From the NCBI RefSeq assembly GCF_028641065.1, contig NC_073382.1, forward strand, positions 65,968,001-66,032,000: a stretch of DNA of 64,000 nt, read 5' to 3'. Below are positions 10,641 to 24,065 of this stretch, piece by piece. The position numbers were made by a program, and so were the translations under genes. This stretch comes from Leucoraja erinacea. Lineage: Eukaryota. The notes under the pieces were generated by a model. That model had not been told where the DNA came from. It searched no databases and saw only the letters and a list, made by a program, of their open reading frames with translations. Position 1 is the stretch's first letter. The number at the start of each line of letters is the position of its first letter.

Positions 10641-11545
10641 CAGGAGTTATTTGATTTTTAATTAAAATTAGAGTTTGGCTGCTCAGGATGAGGTCGGGAA
10701 GCACTTTATCACACAAAATGTGGAGAAAATCGTGAGTTTGCTTCACCCAGAATTGCTGGGTCTTGGCTAACTGAAAAGTTCAAAACTGCAACTGATAAAT
10801 CATGGCATGCAGTGAATAGGAGCCAAGATAAATGGTATTTTTATGTAGATCAGGCACGATCTAACTGAATGGTGGAACAGACTTGAGGGGTTGAATGACC
10901 TACTTCTCTTTCTATGTTCCAGTTAAATCAATCAAAATGCCAGTGCTTACATAATTCCAAAGCTTTTCTACTCAAACCAATTTTTTAAGCTTGTAAAAAA
11001 GCTCTAGCAGAATTATTTAAAAAAAATGAATGCACTATCAAACTAAAGAAGGAATAAAGCAATCCTAAAATGCTGCTAATTTTAGCTGCTTCCCCATGAA
11101 CATTTAGTTTAACAATGAGAATCTCAATATCTTAATTGAACCATCCATCAAGCAGTTATAGATCTAATCCATAGGCTGACCTTTAACTGACCCACTACTC
11201 ACTTTGCAAAAAACAGTAGTCAGTGTATTTCTAACGTTAATGGTGCACACTTTCTGTTATATGTCATCTAATGTTGCTTCCTTGTAAGACAGAATACGCT
11301 CCTACTGGATGTAAATGGAATGAGCTGTCAAAAGAAGTGGCTGAGGCAGGTAAAAGAACAACATTTAAAATACAGTTTGGCAGGTGCTTGGATAGTAAAT
11401 GTTTAGATAGATATAGGTCAAACAGCAAGTGGGACCAGCGTAGATGAGCATCTTGGTCAGCATGGAAGAGTTGAGCAAAAGGGCCTGTTTCCGTGCTCTA
11501 TGACTCTAGGAATCTATGGATCCCACTATTTCATGCCCCTAACAT

Positions 11546-12583
11546 AGCAATGTTACAAAATTTTGAGATTTTAAAAATCAAGTCTGTTATTTATCCCATC
11601 AGATAAAGCATAAAAAGAAGTTTAATTTGACACCCAATTCACTTTCATATCTCAAGTATTTAAAAAGTTATGGCCATTTTCATACTCGGAAATTAGCATC
11701 TTGTTCCCTATTGATTTTCTATGGACATAACAAAAAAGCTGTGATCGTGGACAGTCAAAAGCCCATAACTTTCTTAAAAATTAAGAGAACTGAATGAAAT
11801 TTTCAGTTATCATAGATTGAAGCATTCTGAAACAAATATAAAATAATCTTACTTGGATGACCTGAAATTAAAGCATATAATTAGTTAGTTACCCAATTGG
11901 AGCTAATTTCAAACTTCAATTACTAGATCTAAACATCTATCTATTTTTTAATAAATGATTAACATTTTTAAATAGCCTAAGTGTCCAAATAATATTCACA
12001 AAAAAGTCACAATAAAACATGATTTTTAAATCTCATTTACATCAATTTATAGGTCAAATGGAAGGAATTTAGTGTTCAATTGCTGTAAATTAAAGTCAAT
12101 TTAAATCAGCTTTCTAGTGGGTTCCTGTGAACGCGCTGGTTTAGAATGTTCACATTGTGCTAGATTTGTACCCTCAAATGCCCAGAAAAATACTGCGGGA
12201 TATAATGGGCCCAAAATGAGCTACTCGCAAGTTTAAACTTTGTATAAAGGGATCTTAAGAAGCCCTTTTTAATGTAAAAATAAACAGCCTACCTTCTGTT
12301 GTCTGCTGTATGAGACCCTGCTGGTTGCCGGTGGACGCAGGTTTAGAGGTTAATTTTTAAACTACTACAACAATTATATAAAGCCTTTAAAACTAATAAT
12401 AGCTAAAGCGACGGAATATTCCAGCGATTTTCCGTTAATAATTAACTAGGCTGAACATCCTCGATTGGAACAGCCTAGGGAAAATCGCGTTTTAAACCCG
12501 CCCCCTCTAAACGGCGCCAAAATCGCGCACACCCGCAGCGACAGATTTTCAGCGACGCTTCAGGTAGGCTTTGCAACATACCT
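11546..12583. mobile_element. ~1.04-kb non-coding element with imperfect 14-bp terminal inverted repeats (putative DNA transposon derivative)
   Basis: Left AGCAATGTTACAAA vs right reverse complement AGGTATGTTGCAAA (11/14); AT-rich body, CpG-rich right end; no clear TSD. Confidence 0.5.
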
Positions 12584-12894
12584 ACCTACCAATAATCTTA
12601 ACTTTGTCAAAGTTAACATCTTAAAGATGTTTAATTCTTCATACTGTATATTTTTGTTTTTTTTAATTGTTCAATTTTTAAATATTTTACTCAAGTTAGT
12701 TTATTTAAATGTCTGACATTTATTACAGTCCACAAGGCCTGGTGCTTAGGACATGCTGTTGAAGTATGAGATGTTTTGGATCAGTGACATTAGTCCTCCA
12801 TATTTGAATCAAGTGTGGCAAGAAAGCAGACGGCAAATTTGGTGAAGAGAAAGTGCGGTACTGGTCCAGCAGGATCTGAACCATCAGTAATTTG

Positions 12895-13185
12895 TTCAGT
12901 TTACTGACATGGCACCAAAACAGGTCCTTCGACCTGCCAAGTCCACGCTGACCATCAACATGCCATTCACACTAATTCTGCATTATCCTGCTTTCTCATC
13001 CATCCCCTACACACCCAAGGCAATTTTGTTTTACAGAGGTTAATTACCTAACAAACCTGCAAATCTTTGAGATGTGGGAGAAAACTGTAGCACGCAGAAG
13101 AAACACACAGTCAGCAGGGGGACGTGCAAACTCCACACAATTAAGAGTACACCTGAGGTCAAGATTGAACCCGCATCTTTGCCAC
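12895..13185 (-). mobile_element. Degenerate tRNA-derived SINE
   Basis: Similar to 32907-33231 ('aacaggtccttcgacc', 'tctttgagatgtgggag', 'tgcaaactccacaca', 'gattgaaccc'). Confidence 0.65.
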
Positions 13186-13344
13186 TCTACCAGAAAATTG
13201 CAAGATATCTAATTTTGAAACTGAATTTAATCTTCAGTTCACAAAATGTAAAGAACTTTCATTTTTCATGTCCAAAAACTGGACTCTGATCATTTTTCAT
13301 ATCTCAGATTATGGCAGAGATGGGAAACCTAATGTAGACGCATG

Positions 13345-14255
13345 AAACATAGAAACATAGAAAATAGATGCAGGTGGGCCATTCGGCCCTTTGAGCTAGC
13401 ACTGCCATTCAATATGATCATGGCTGATCATCTAAAATCAGTACACCGTTCCTGCCTTTACCTCATATCCCTTGATTCCGTTAGCCCGAAGAGCTAAATA
13501 TAACTCTCTTGAAAACATCCAGTGAATTGGCCTCCACTGCCTTCGATGGCAGAGAATGCCACAGATTCACAACTCTGGGTGAAAAAGTTTTTCCTCATCT
13601 CAGTCCGCAATGATCTACTCCTTATTCTTAAACTGTGACCCCTAGTTCTGGATTCCCCCAACATTTGGAATTTTTTTCCTGCATCTAGCCTGTCTAATCC
13701 TTTAAGAATTATATGTTTCTATAAGATTTCCTCTCATCCTTCTAAATTCCAGTGAATACAAGCCCAGATGACCCATTCTTTCATCATATGTCAGTCCCAC
13801 CATCCCGGGAATTATCCTGGTGAACCAATGCTCATAGCATCCTCCTCGCAGCTCACACTGCCACCCAGCTTTGTGTCATCTACAAACTTGGAGATATTAC
13901 ATTTAATTCCCTTTTCTAAATCAGTTATTATATATTGTAAATAACTGGGGTCCCAGCATTGAGCCTCGTGGCACCCCACTAGTCACTGCCTGCCATTCTG
14001 AAAAAGGACCCATTAATTTCTATTTGCTTCTTGTCTGCCGACCAGTTCTCTATCCATGTCAATACCGCACCCCCAATGCCACGTGCTCTAATTTTGCACA
14101 CTAATCTCCTGTGTGGGACCTTAAAAAAATACTTTTTGAAAGTCTAGGTGCACCACATCCACTGGCTTTCCCTTATCCACTATATTTGTTACATCCTCAA
14201 AAAATTCCAGAAGATTAGTCAAGCATGATTTCCCCTTCATAAATCCATGCTGCTT
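13345..14255 (-). mobile_element. CR1 LINE, 5'-truncated and internally deleted
   Basis: 'gaaacatagaaacatagaaa' tail; RT motifs in antisense ('ccacccagctttgtgtcatctacaaactt' for the KF-DDTKLGG region). Confidence 0.85.
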
Positions 14256-14634
14256 TCCAAATGCGCTGCTATTACATGAATAAATTAAAGGCACCAATGG
14301 AGGATGGAGAAGAATAAGGATCGAGAGCAGAAAAGAGAAAATAATAAGAGGAAGACAGGAAAGCTAGGAAAATAAAAATATAGTTTGGAGAACATCAGAG
14401 GTGACAAAGAGAGCACTTGCTCTTGTAATCTAATTTCCTTACACATTTTAAGTGCTCTCAACTCAAAATCCTTCTTTCCATCTTTTCATTTGGTTCTTTC
14501 AATTCTAATATTTAGTTTCTGTTCCTTTATCCAAATTCTTCAGTAAAAATAATAATTTTTGTCCAAACCTTGATTTAATTGTAACTTAATAAACTAAACA
14601 CATTCTGAACATTGGGTTAGTACCAAATGATGGG

Positions 14635-15272
14635 GTCAAGTCAAGTCAAGAGAGTTTATTGTCATGTGCCCCAGATAGGACAATTAAATTCTTGCATTGC
14701 TGCAGCACAACAGGATATTGTTGTCATAAATACAGATCAGATCAGTGTGTCCATATACCATAGAATATATATATATATATATATACACATCACTAAACAG
14801 ATAACGTGCAATAGGCTGTTATAGTTGATAGTTTGTTTGAAGTTGTGTTTAATAGTCTGATGGCTGTGGGGAAGAAGCTGTTCCTGAATCTGCATGTTGT
14901 AGATTTCAGGCTCCTGTACCTTCTACCCGATGGCAGCGGAGAGATGAGTGTGTGGCCAGGATGGTGTGGGTCCTTGATGATGCTGGCAGCCTTTTTGAGG
15001 CAGCGATTGGGATAGATCCCCTCGATGGTAGGGAGGTCAGTACCGATGATGAACTGGGCAGTGTTTACAACTTTTTGCAGCCTTTTCCGTTCCTGGCCAC
15101 TCAGGCTGCCGTACCAAGCCACGATGCAACCGGTCAGCATGCTCTCTACTGTGTACCTGTAGAAGTTCGAGAAAGTCCTCCTTGATATACCGACTCTCCG
15201 TAATCTTCTCAGGTAGCAGAGGTGCTGATGTGCTTTCTTTATGAGTGCATCAGTGTTCTGGGACCAGGAGAG
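14635..15272 (-). mobile_element. Rex/Babar-type LINE 3' fragment
   Basis: ORF 14793-15140 (GCIVAWYG...IKDPHHPGH...LPSGRRYRS...FRNSFFPTAIRLLN); (caagt)n tail. Confidence 0.85.
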
Positions 15273-15713
15273 GGTGACGTGGGGACAGAGCTAATAAAAA
15301 TCCTGAAATTGATGTTAAGAAATCATTATTGTAATATTCCTCCATTTAGAAGTATTAAAACATGACCTGCATTTTTACAGACACCGGCTGCATGCATCTC
15401 CTGGGGCTACCATGATAGTTGCTCGGAAGACCATTGACTTTGTCAAAGTGCAGTTTTTACAGCAACAATCCAAGTGATCACAAAGGTTGCCATTACACAA
15501 TGAGGATGAGGGAACATTGGTGATGGAAGGATGTGTATGTGGATTAGGGTTCATACAGCATATTCTTCTTGAGTATGGCGTGCAGAGTCTAAAGTTGTTA
15601 GACAACATGTTCTGTTTGATCTTTTGTTTGTGCATGCCAGGTTGATTGCATTCGTAGAAACAGGGTGGACCACGTGAAGGTTGCAATCTCTTGCCCCGTC
15701 ATACAGCATGGAA

Positions 15714-15891
15714 NNNNNNNNNNNNNNNNNNNNNNNNNNNNNNNNNNNNNNNNNNNNNNNNNNNNNNNNNNNNNNNNNNNNNNNNNNNNNNNNNNNNNNN
15801 NNNNNNNNNNNNNNNNNNNNNNNNNNNNNNNNNNNNNNNNNNNNNNNNNNNNNNNNNNNNNNNNNNNNNNNNNNNNNNNNNNNNNNNNNNN
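15714..15891. other. Assembly gap (N run)
   Basis: Run of N. Confidence 1.
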
Positions 15892-16247
15892 ATACCCAAA
15901 CAACTGTGAGCAATTGGATTATTGCTGACGTGCATAGCAAAGAGATTTTGTGTTCTTTCTTACTGCTGTCTATATTCAGAAGTAAAGAACTCAAAAATGA
16001 ACATCAGAAATTATTATTCATTAAATTCATGATGCTGCGAAGGCCCTTTAAATTGTGCATTTTGCAACTTGCTGCAGGGTTTTCTGTGACATAGAAAATG
16101 TGTTATAGCTTATGATTTTTTGATCCAATTTCAGAAAGAAATGTTGAAGTGACTTACAATACTTTATGTGCATCCATTGGCAAGTCAAATAGGGCTGAGT
16201 GAGCAAGCATTTGATAAGACAGCTTGCATCAGATCATGAAGTGATGT

Positions 16248-16463
16248 TGTGGCGGCTCCCAAGGGTCGGGCCATCCCAACTATCAAACCCCTCAGCACGG
16301 GAATGGTTCAGTCCAGAGACGGCCCTTAACTAGAGGGATAAAAGGCAAGGGTTTGGGTGCCATCTTTCTCTCTTGGACTTCCCTGCTACCTGGAACGACA
16401 TAATAAAAGGTACCTCCTGAAACACCTGGCTCCTCGCTTTCATTTTGGGACCTACGCCCCACA
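16248..16463 (+). mobile_element. Solo LTR, 216 bp
   Basis: TGTGG...CCACA inverted termini; perfect 4-bp TSD ATGT (16244-16247 / 16464-16467); TATA-like 'gataaaa' upstream of an AATAAA signal. Confidence 0.75.
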
Positions 16464-16494
16464 ATGTAACCTTTTTGGCAATGTTTTCCATAGG

Positions 16495-16650
16495 GTCATA
16501 GAGCATAGAAACAGGCCCTTTGGCCCAACTTGCCCATGCTGACCAAGATGCCCCATCTACACCCTAGTCTCACCTTCCCTTGTTTGGCCCATATCCCTCT
16601 AAACCTTTCTAGCCAATGTTCCTGTTCAAATGTTTTATCAAAATAATTCC
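16495..16650 (-). mobile_element. CR1 3' tail fragment
   Basis: 'aaacaggccctttggcccaac...ggcccatatccctctaaacc'. Confidence 0.7.
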
Positions 16651-16774
16651 TGCTAAATTTTGTATTTAATTTCCACTGTCCTAATTTGAATAAACAAACT
16701 CTCATGCAGATGGATCATTTGTTAAATTTCATGAGTAATTGGTTAACCTTTTCCAAAATATATGATGCTTTAAT

Positions 16775-16897
16775 AGTAAGATTAAACGAGAACTTACCAG
16801 TTCGATGTTTGATCTGTATTTTATGAGGAGTTACGATGAGGGATTACGTAAAGACCCCGTCCAGCACGCATGCGCGACATACTTCAAAGCAGCAGTG
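16775..16897. mobile_element. Possible DIRS-type terminal fragment
   Basis: 'aagattaaacgagaacttaccag...acgcatgcgcg' resembles, from memory, the terminal non-coding region of vertebrate DIRS elements. No coding support. Confidence 0.35.
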
Positions 16898-18501
16898 TCC
16901 CTGAGGCACCCTAGTCACCTGCCTCCAACCTGACAAACAGCCATCCACCATTACTCTCTGGCATCTCCCATTCAGCCACTGTTGAATCCATCTTGCTATT
17001 CCTGCATTTATACCCAACAGTTGAACCTTCTTAACCAACCTTCCATGAGGAACCTTGTCAAAGGCCTTACTAAAGTTATTATAGACAACATCCACTGCTT
17101 TACTCTCATCAATTTCCCTAGTAACCTCTTCAAAAAATTCAAGAAGATTAGTCAAAGATGACCTTCCAGGCACAAATCCATGTTGACTGTTCCTAATCAG
17201 ACCCTGTTTATCCAGATGCTTATATATATTATCTCTAAGTATCTTTTCCATTAATTTGCCCACCACTTAAGTCAAACTAACAGGTCTATAATTGTTAGGT
17301 TTACTCTTAGAACCCTTTTTAAACAATGAAACAACATGCGCAGTACGCCAATCCTCGGGGACTATTCCCGTTTCTAATGACATTTGAAATATTTCTGTCA
17401 TAGCACCGGCTATTTCTACACTCACTTCCCTCAATGTCCTAGGGAATATCCTGTCAGGACCTGGAGACTTATCCACTTTTATATTTTTCAAAAGTGTCAG
17501 TACTCCTTTTGTTTTGAAACTCATAGTATCCATAGCTACTCTACTAGTTTCCCTTACCTCAAATAATTCAATATCCTTCTCCTTGGTGAATACCGAAGAA
17601 AATAAATTGTTCAATATCTCCCCCATCTCTTTTGGCTCTGCAGATAGCTGTCCACTCTGTCTCTCCAATGGACCAATTTTATCCCTCGTTATCCTTTTGC
17701 TATTAATATAGCTGTAGAAACCCTTTGGATTTACTTTCACCTTACTTGCCAAAGCAACCTCCTATCTTCTTTTAGCTTTTCTAATTTCTTTCTTAAGATT
17801 CTTTTTACAGTCCTTATACTCCAGAAGCACCTCATTTACTTCATGCTGCCTATAATTATTGTAGTTCTCCCTCTTTTTCCGAACAAGATGTCCAATTTCC
17901 CTTGAAAACCAGGGCTCTTTCCAATTTTTACTGTTTCCTTTCAACCGAACAGGAACATAACGATTCTGTACTCTTAAAATTTCCCCTTTAAATGTCCTCC
18001 ATTTCTATTCTACATCTTTCCCATAAAACAAATGTCCCAGTTCACTCCTTTTAAATCATCTCGCATCTCATCAAAGTTAGCCTTTCTCCAATCAAAAATC
18101 TCAACCCTATGTCCAGTTCTGACCTTCTCCATAATTATATTGAAACTAATGGTATTGTGATCATTGGACCCGAAGTGCTCCCCAACGCATACCTCCGCCA
18201 CCTGTCCCGTCTCATTTCCTAACAGGATGTCCAGCACTGCCCCTCCTCTAGTAGGTACCTCTATGTATTGCTGCAAAAAACTATCCTGCACACATTTTAC
18301 AAACTCCAAACCATCCAGCCCATTTACAGAATGTGTTTCCCAGTCTATGTGTGGAAAGTTGAAATCTCCCACAATCACTACCTTGTGCTTACTACTAATA
18401 TCTGCTATCTCCTTACATATTTGCTCTTCCAATTCTCGTTCCCCTTTTGGCGGTCTATAATACACCCCTATAAGTGTTGCTACACCTTTTCCACTTCTCA
18501 A
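16898..18501 (-). pseudogene. CR1 ORF2 fragment (APE endonuclease to RT), disrupted
   Basis: Consecutive ORFs: GVYYRPP, VGDFNFPHIDW, LDILL, SNDHNTI (endonuclease); KSPGPD, WRTAHV, YRPVSLT, QHGF, FSKAFDKVPH, VPQG (RT). Confidence 0.95.
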
Positions 18502-18591
18502 ACAATAAGTTTACAATTTATTAGAATTTTGTCTCTTGTACTTCCCCCCCCAGTGTTACATGGTGCAGTCTCTAAATGTGTTCATTTTAAT

Positions 18592-18644
<53 letters not shown>
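18592..18644. repeat. Poly-G tract
   Basis: About 53 consecutive G. Confidence 0.9.
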
Positions 18645-18645
<1 letters not shown>

Positions 18646-20039
18646 GTGCTTTTTCCCTGTCAAAGATGCCTGATGGTGCCATGGCCAGGGCAATCGTGTT
18701 TTATTTTCTGAAACATCCCAACAATATACGATTCCTTGGTCATTACCAACATCCTCTGTGATAATATCCAACACATTTCTTTGGTATCTCACTACTTGGT
18801 TCTTTCTTTCAGATATATTTATCTCACTGGTTTAAATTGTTGCTGGAATCTTGCAGGAATTCGATGCACACATTTGAAGTTTCTCTTTGTGGTTCAAATA
18901 GAGCAAAAGTACTTTGGTCAGATATGTAGTACTTCAAAAATAGATCTGAAAAATACCGAATCTGTTTTCAGAGGTGAAAATCAAAATTAGGCCCACATTT
19001 ATGCCTTGGAGTGTCTTCAGGGGGGGGGGGTAGTGGGGAGTGGTTGTTAGAAAAACTAAGTGTGTTATGCACTTCCTTATGTTAAACCTGACTTACTTGC
19101 AAAATGTCAGATTCCTAGGTTATTTCAGCCCCGAGCCATGCACTGGACACTCATTTTATTATTGTATATTTTTAGTTGATTTATGCACAAAAAACAGGCA
19201 TAGAATTCCCAGCCTAAAAATTCTGGTGCATAGTGCCATATGAATTATAACTTTGGGCATTCATTAGGGAGATTCAGAATATGTAGTGTGGTTCTCCTTG
19301 AGATTGAAGTATTTACACACAGAGGTACTGAGTGCCTGCAGCGATTAATTGGCATGCAGCACATGACGAACATTACTCTCATGATGTTCCAACACAATTG
19401 CACAGTTTATAATCAGCACGAGTCTCACTGCAGTTGCTGACCTTACTCAGTATTTTTCTGGATGTGGTAATGTTCTTCTTCCTCTTCAGGATAAGCTGTT
19501 ATACTTGGGTGGACTAAAACAGTCTCTATAATTGCATACCATTCTGTAGGTGTTGTAGGTACATAACACCTTTCTCCATACTCTCCTACCCCACTGTTCA
19601 ATGACAAAACAGATTCTAAAATGGTCTCATTGATCCAATTGGAGCTTCAAGAGCACTTGTGGTGTCAGGTTGTCAACTCACCAATTTATTCTTCTTGCAT
19701 ATCTTTGGAATAATCCAGCATTTTACAAAAGATTTAAAATACTAATGAGCATAGTCCATTGCCATCTTCGTATTATGAAATATCACTCGCCCATCAAACT
19801 GCCAAGTGTTCCCATACAATTACAACATGTCAATTAAATAATTCCTTTCAATGTCACAGAGTTTCCTGGCTAAAGACATACAGTATAACAGAATGCAAAT
19901 CAACAGTATAAATCAACAAATCTAAATTAAAATATGGCAAAAGTAGATTCATGAAATTCCGCTGGTATGAATTATGCCTGATAAATTATACTAACTTGTC
20001 GTGCAGTAATTCTTACAAAACTACTCTGCAGTATATCTA

Positions 20040-20561
20040 GGAAAGAACTGTAGATGCTGGTTTAAATCAAAGGTAGACACAAAATGCTGGAGTAACTCAG
20101 CGGGACAGGCAGCATATCTGGAGAGATGGAATGGGTGACATTTCGTGCCGAGACCTTTCTTCAGACTGATGTCAGGGGAGTGGGCGAGACAGAGATAGAA
20201 TGGAGTCAGAGACAGTAAGACTAGTGGGAGAACTGGGAAGGGGGAGAGGATGGAAAGGGAAAGCAAGGGCTATTTTTGATTTATGCTGATTGGAGGAACA
20301 GCACCTTGTATTTTGTTTGGGTAGTTGACACCCCAGTGGTATGAACGTTGCCTTCTTTAACTTCAAATAGCCCTTGCTTTCCCTCTCTCTCCATCCCCTC
20401 CCCCTTCCCAGTCTTACTGTCTCCGACTACATTCTATCTCTGTCCCGGCCACTCCCCTGACGTCAGTCTGAAGAAGGGTCTCGACCCGAAACGTCACCCA
20501 TTCATTTCTCCAGAGATGCTGCCTGTCCCGCTGAGTAACTCCAGTATTTTGTGTCTACCTA
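20040..20561. mobile_element. Penelope-derived palindromic non-autonomous element with 11-bp TSD
   Basis: Inverted arms ~20072-20276 and ~20363-20560 around a spacer with PLE C-terminal-like sequence ('gaggaacagcaccttgtattttgtttgggtag'); flanking direct repeat CAGTATATCTA at 20029-20039 / 20562-20572. Confidence 0.85.
20468..20497 (+). ncRNA. Minimal hammerhead ribozyme core motif (PLE type)
   Basis: CTGAAGA-a-GGGTC-tc-GACCC-GAAA-CG-TC: core boxes, stem II and short palindromic stem III (ACGT). Stem I only about 2 bp. Confidence 0.5.
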
Positions 20562-20959
20562 CAGTATATCTAAATGGTTAGTTTTTTTACTGAACAATAG
20601 CGGTTTTATACATTGTTGTCAACTTATTTGCAAACTTGGATAGTCATGTGGTGAAAAATAATTGTCTGGTTTAAGCTTAGGATCTGAGAAAATGTAGCAA
20701 TATGAACTGATCATTTTAGTGGAGAGAAACAATAGAAAGAGCTTTACATACCATAACAATATCTGAAGAAGGCAACTACAGGTTTATTGTTGTACCTGAA
20801 CATTAATGTTGGCCCTTTCCTTGGAAGTTAATCATTATTAAAAGGTTACTCTGTTTCGTTGATGTCGCTTCTAAAACACTGAAGGCATTTATTTGTAAGA
20901 TGCTAGGTATGATTCACGTCGGTTTATGTTCAGGGTTGCTTTATGTAACTATTTTGGGA

Positions 20960-22385
20960 GGTCCAAGTCCAAGTGGGTTTATTGTCATGTGTCCCTGATA
21001 GGACAATGAAATTCTTGCTTTGCTTCAGTACAACAGAACATAGTAGGCATTGACTACAAAACAGATCAGTGTGTCCATATGCCATTAATAAACACATGAA
21101 TAAATAAACTGATAAAGTGCAAAAGAACAGATAATGGGCTATTAATGTTCAGAGTTTTGTCCGAGCCAAGTTTAATAGCCTGATGGCTGTGGGGAAGTAG
21201 CTATTCCTGAACCTGGTCATTGCAGTCTTCAGGCTCCTGAACCTTCTACCTGAAAATAGCAGGGAGATGAGTGTGTGCCCAGGATGGTGTGGGTCCTTGA
21301 TGATACTGCCAGCCTTTTTGAGGCAGCGACTGTGATAGATCCCCTCGATGGAAGGGAGGACCGAGCCAATGATGGACTGGGCAGTGTTTTCTACTTTTGT
21401 AGTCTTTTCCTCTCCAGGGCACTTAAGTTGCTGAACCAAGCCACGATGCAACCGGTCAGCATGCTCTCTACTGTGCACCTGTAGAAGTTAGAGAGAATCC
21501 TCCTTGACAAACCGACTCTCCGTAATCTTCTCAGGAGTAGAGGCGCTGATGAGCTTTCTTAATAATTGCATCTGTGTTCTCGGACCAGGAATGATCTTCA
21601 GAGATGTTCATGCCCAGGAATTTGACCCTTTCAACCATCGACCCGTTGATATAAATGGGACTGTGGGTCCCCATCCTACTCCTTCCAAGGTCCACAATCA
21701 TTCCTTGGTTTTGCTGGTGTTGAGGGCCAGGTTATTGTGCTGGCACCATATGGACAGTTGCTTGATCTCTCTTCTATACTCTGACTCATCCCCATCAGTG
21801 ATACGTCCCACAACAGTGGTGTCGTCAGCGAAATTGATTATGGAGTTTGCACTATGACCGGCTACGCAGTCATAAGTATAGAGTGAGTACAGCAGGGGCT
21901 GAGCATGCAGCCTTGAGGTGCTCCCGTGCTGTTTGTTATCAAGTCTGACACATGTCCACCAATACGAACAGACTGTGGTCTGAGAATGAGGAAGTCGAGG
22001 ATCCAATTGCAGAGGGATGCGCAGAGACCCAGTTCTGCGAGTTTGGTAACCAGCTTGGAGGGGATGATTGTATTAAATGCCGAGCTGTAATCAATGAATA
22101 ACAGCCTGACATGAGTTTTTGTTGTCCAAGTGGTCCAGAGCGGAGTGGAGGGCCAGCGAGATCACATCCACCATTGGTCTGTTGTGGCGGTAAGCGAACT
22201 GCAGTGGGTCCAGGTTTTTGTCGAGGTAGGAGTTGATTTGCGCCATGATCAACCTCTCAAAGCACTTCATCACCACAGGCGTTAGTGCCACAGGTCGATA
22301 GTCATTGAGGTACTCTTCTTGGGCACTGGTATAATTGATGCCCCTTTGAAGCAGGCGGGAACCTCAGACCTCAGAAGTGAGAGGT
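20960..22385 (-). pseudogene. Rex/Babar-type LINE RT fragment with 3' UTR
   Basis: [60 protein letters not shown] across frameshifted ORFs. Confidence 0.92.
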
Positions 22386-22494
22386 GTAATATATGATAAG
22401 CATTATTCGAATAATGTACCTTGCCCATGTTGAAATCACATTGCTCAGATTAAAACGTAGGGTTTTTTTCCTTTCATGTTCAGTAACTATTTTA

Positions 22495-23040
22495 AAAGGT
22501 TCTGTTACAATGCATTAGTTGCATTCCTAAGAAACCTTGTGTTATAGAAAATCGAGTTATAAAAACAATTGTGTCAAGAGGGAAAAGGGGGTTAGGGGTT
22601 AGAGAATTTTGGACACAATAATAGTTAACTTTTATCCATAGCTGTCAAAATTAAAGCTCTTATTAATAACCCATTTGTTTATTTTTATTACTGCAAGCTA
22701 AAAATACTGGAGGCTTTGCGTAAACTTGTTTAATTGAGTAGTATGAAATGCGTCAACAGAAATGATTGCTTGCCAATTTCAATGGCCTCTTACAGTGGCT
22801 GTGTTCTTAAAAGACAATTGTTCCGGATGCCTGCAGAGAGTCTACATAGAGGCATTTTTCCCAAGCCAGCTTTTTTTGTGCATGCCAATTTCAGAAGTAA
22901 CTTTGAAGTGGTACTCTAGTTCCAGATCAAAATTGGGTTATAACTAATTAGGCCAGCATAATACATATAGTTCCCTAATTCATCGGTTATGTTATATCCG
23001 AGTCACGTTGTGAAAACACGGGTTACAGCAGAACTATCTC
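22495..23040. mobile_element. Possible old Tigger/pogo-like TcMar derivative
   Basis: Degenerate inverted termini 'gttctgttacaatgc' and 'gggttacagcagaac'. Confidence 0.35.
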
Positions 23041-23270
23041 AATGAAAATGTATGTTTAGTGCACTTGGATAACATGCCTCTAATTTAAAACCAGTTCATT
23101 TTTAAATCATACAAAGCAGTGTGAGCTTATGACATGGTACATTGAAGCTATAAAAAGAACAGAAGTGAACTATGGAAAGAGCAAAGGGAAAATAAGCAAG
23201 CTTCAAAGCTATTTTCTCTTGGTCAATTCATCCCTTCTTACACACATAAATGGGATAAGGAATTCAGCAG

Positions 23271-23546
23271 AAGGTAGGTACAAAATGCTAGAGTAACTCA
23301 GAGGGACTGGCAGCATCTCTAGAGAGAAGAAATGGGTGATGTTTGCAGGTTGAGACCCTTCTTCAGACTGAGGGTCGAGGAAAGCTTTCCCCCAACTCTC
23401 CGTCTGAATAAGGGTCTCGACCCAAAATGTCACCCGTTCCTTCTCTCCAGAGATGCTGCCTCTCCAGAAATGCTGCTGAGTTAGCTCCAGCATTTTGTGT
23501 CTATCTTTGGTTTAAACCAGTATCTCCAGTTCCTTCCTACACATAG
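23271..23546. mobile_element. Penelope-derived palindromic element with 8-bp TSD
   Basis: Inverted arms; TTCAGCAG at 23263-23270 / 23547-23554; degenerate hammerhead cores. Confidence 0.8.
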
Positions 23547-24065
23547 TTCAGCAGCCAGCAGAGGGCACTGTGGTGACAGAGTTAGTTAAAGACAGCAAAA
23601 AGATGTGTTGATAGTTTGAAGTGGACCAATGTACTGGAAAGTCAGATGAAAGGTAGCTCACAAAAAGAGGATTGGGGCCCATTAGTAAAAGATTTACTAA
23701 GGACAAAGAATCTGTCAATAGTGAGGCAACCAGAAAACGTTTGCAATTCAGCAAACAAAACAGCCTTTTTTCATTCTGCAGAACTTAAACGAATCAGTTA
23801 CGAATTATAATAAGACTGTAAAGCATGGAACAAATTCATTGACACTGAGAAAAATAAAACTTTCATTTTCATTATTATCAAGGATAATTTCTAAACATAT
23901 TTACTTATTCAGAGCCTTATTTTGTATACTAAGTAACACAGTGATCAAAATGGCAACAAAAAATGCCAGTATGGACAATTCAAACAAAATAGAATCAAAT
24001 AGAATATTATTAGATGAATGCATGTATCTTCAAATTTTCTACATAAATCAAAAATATTAATGGAA

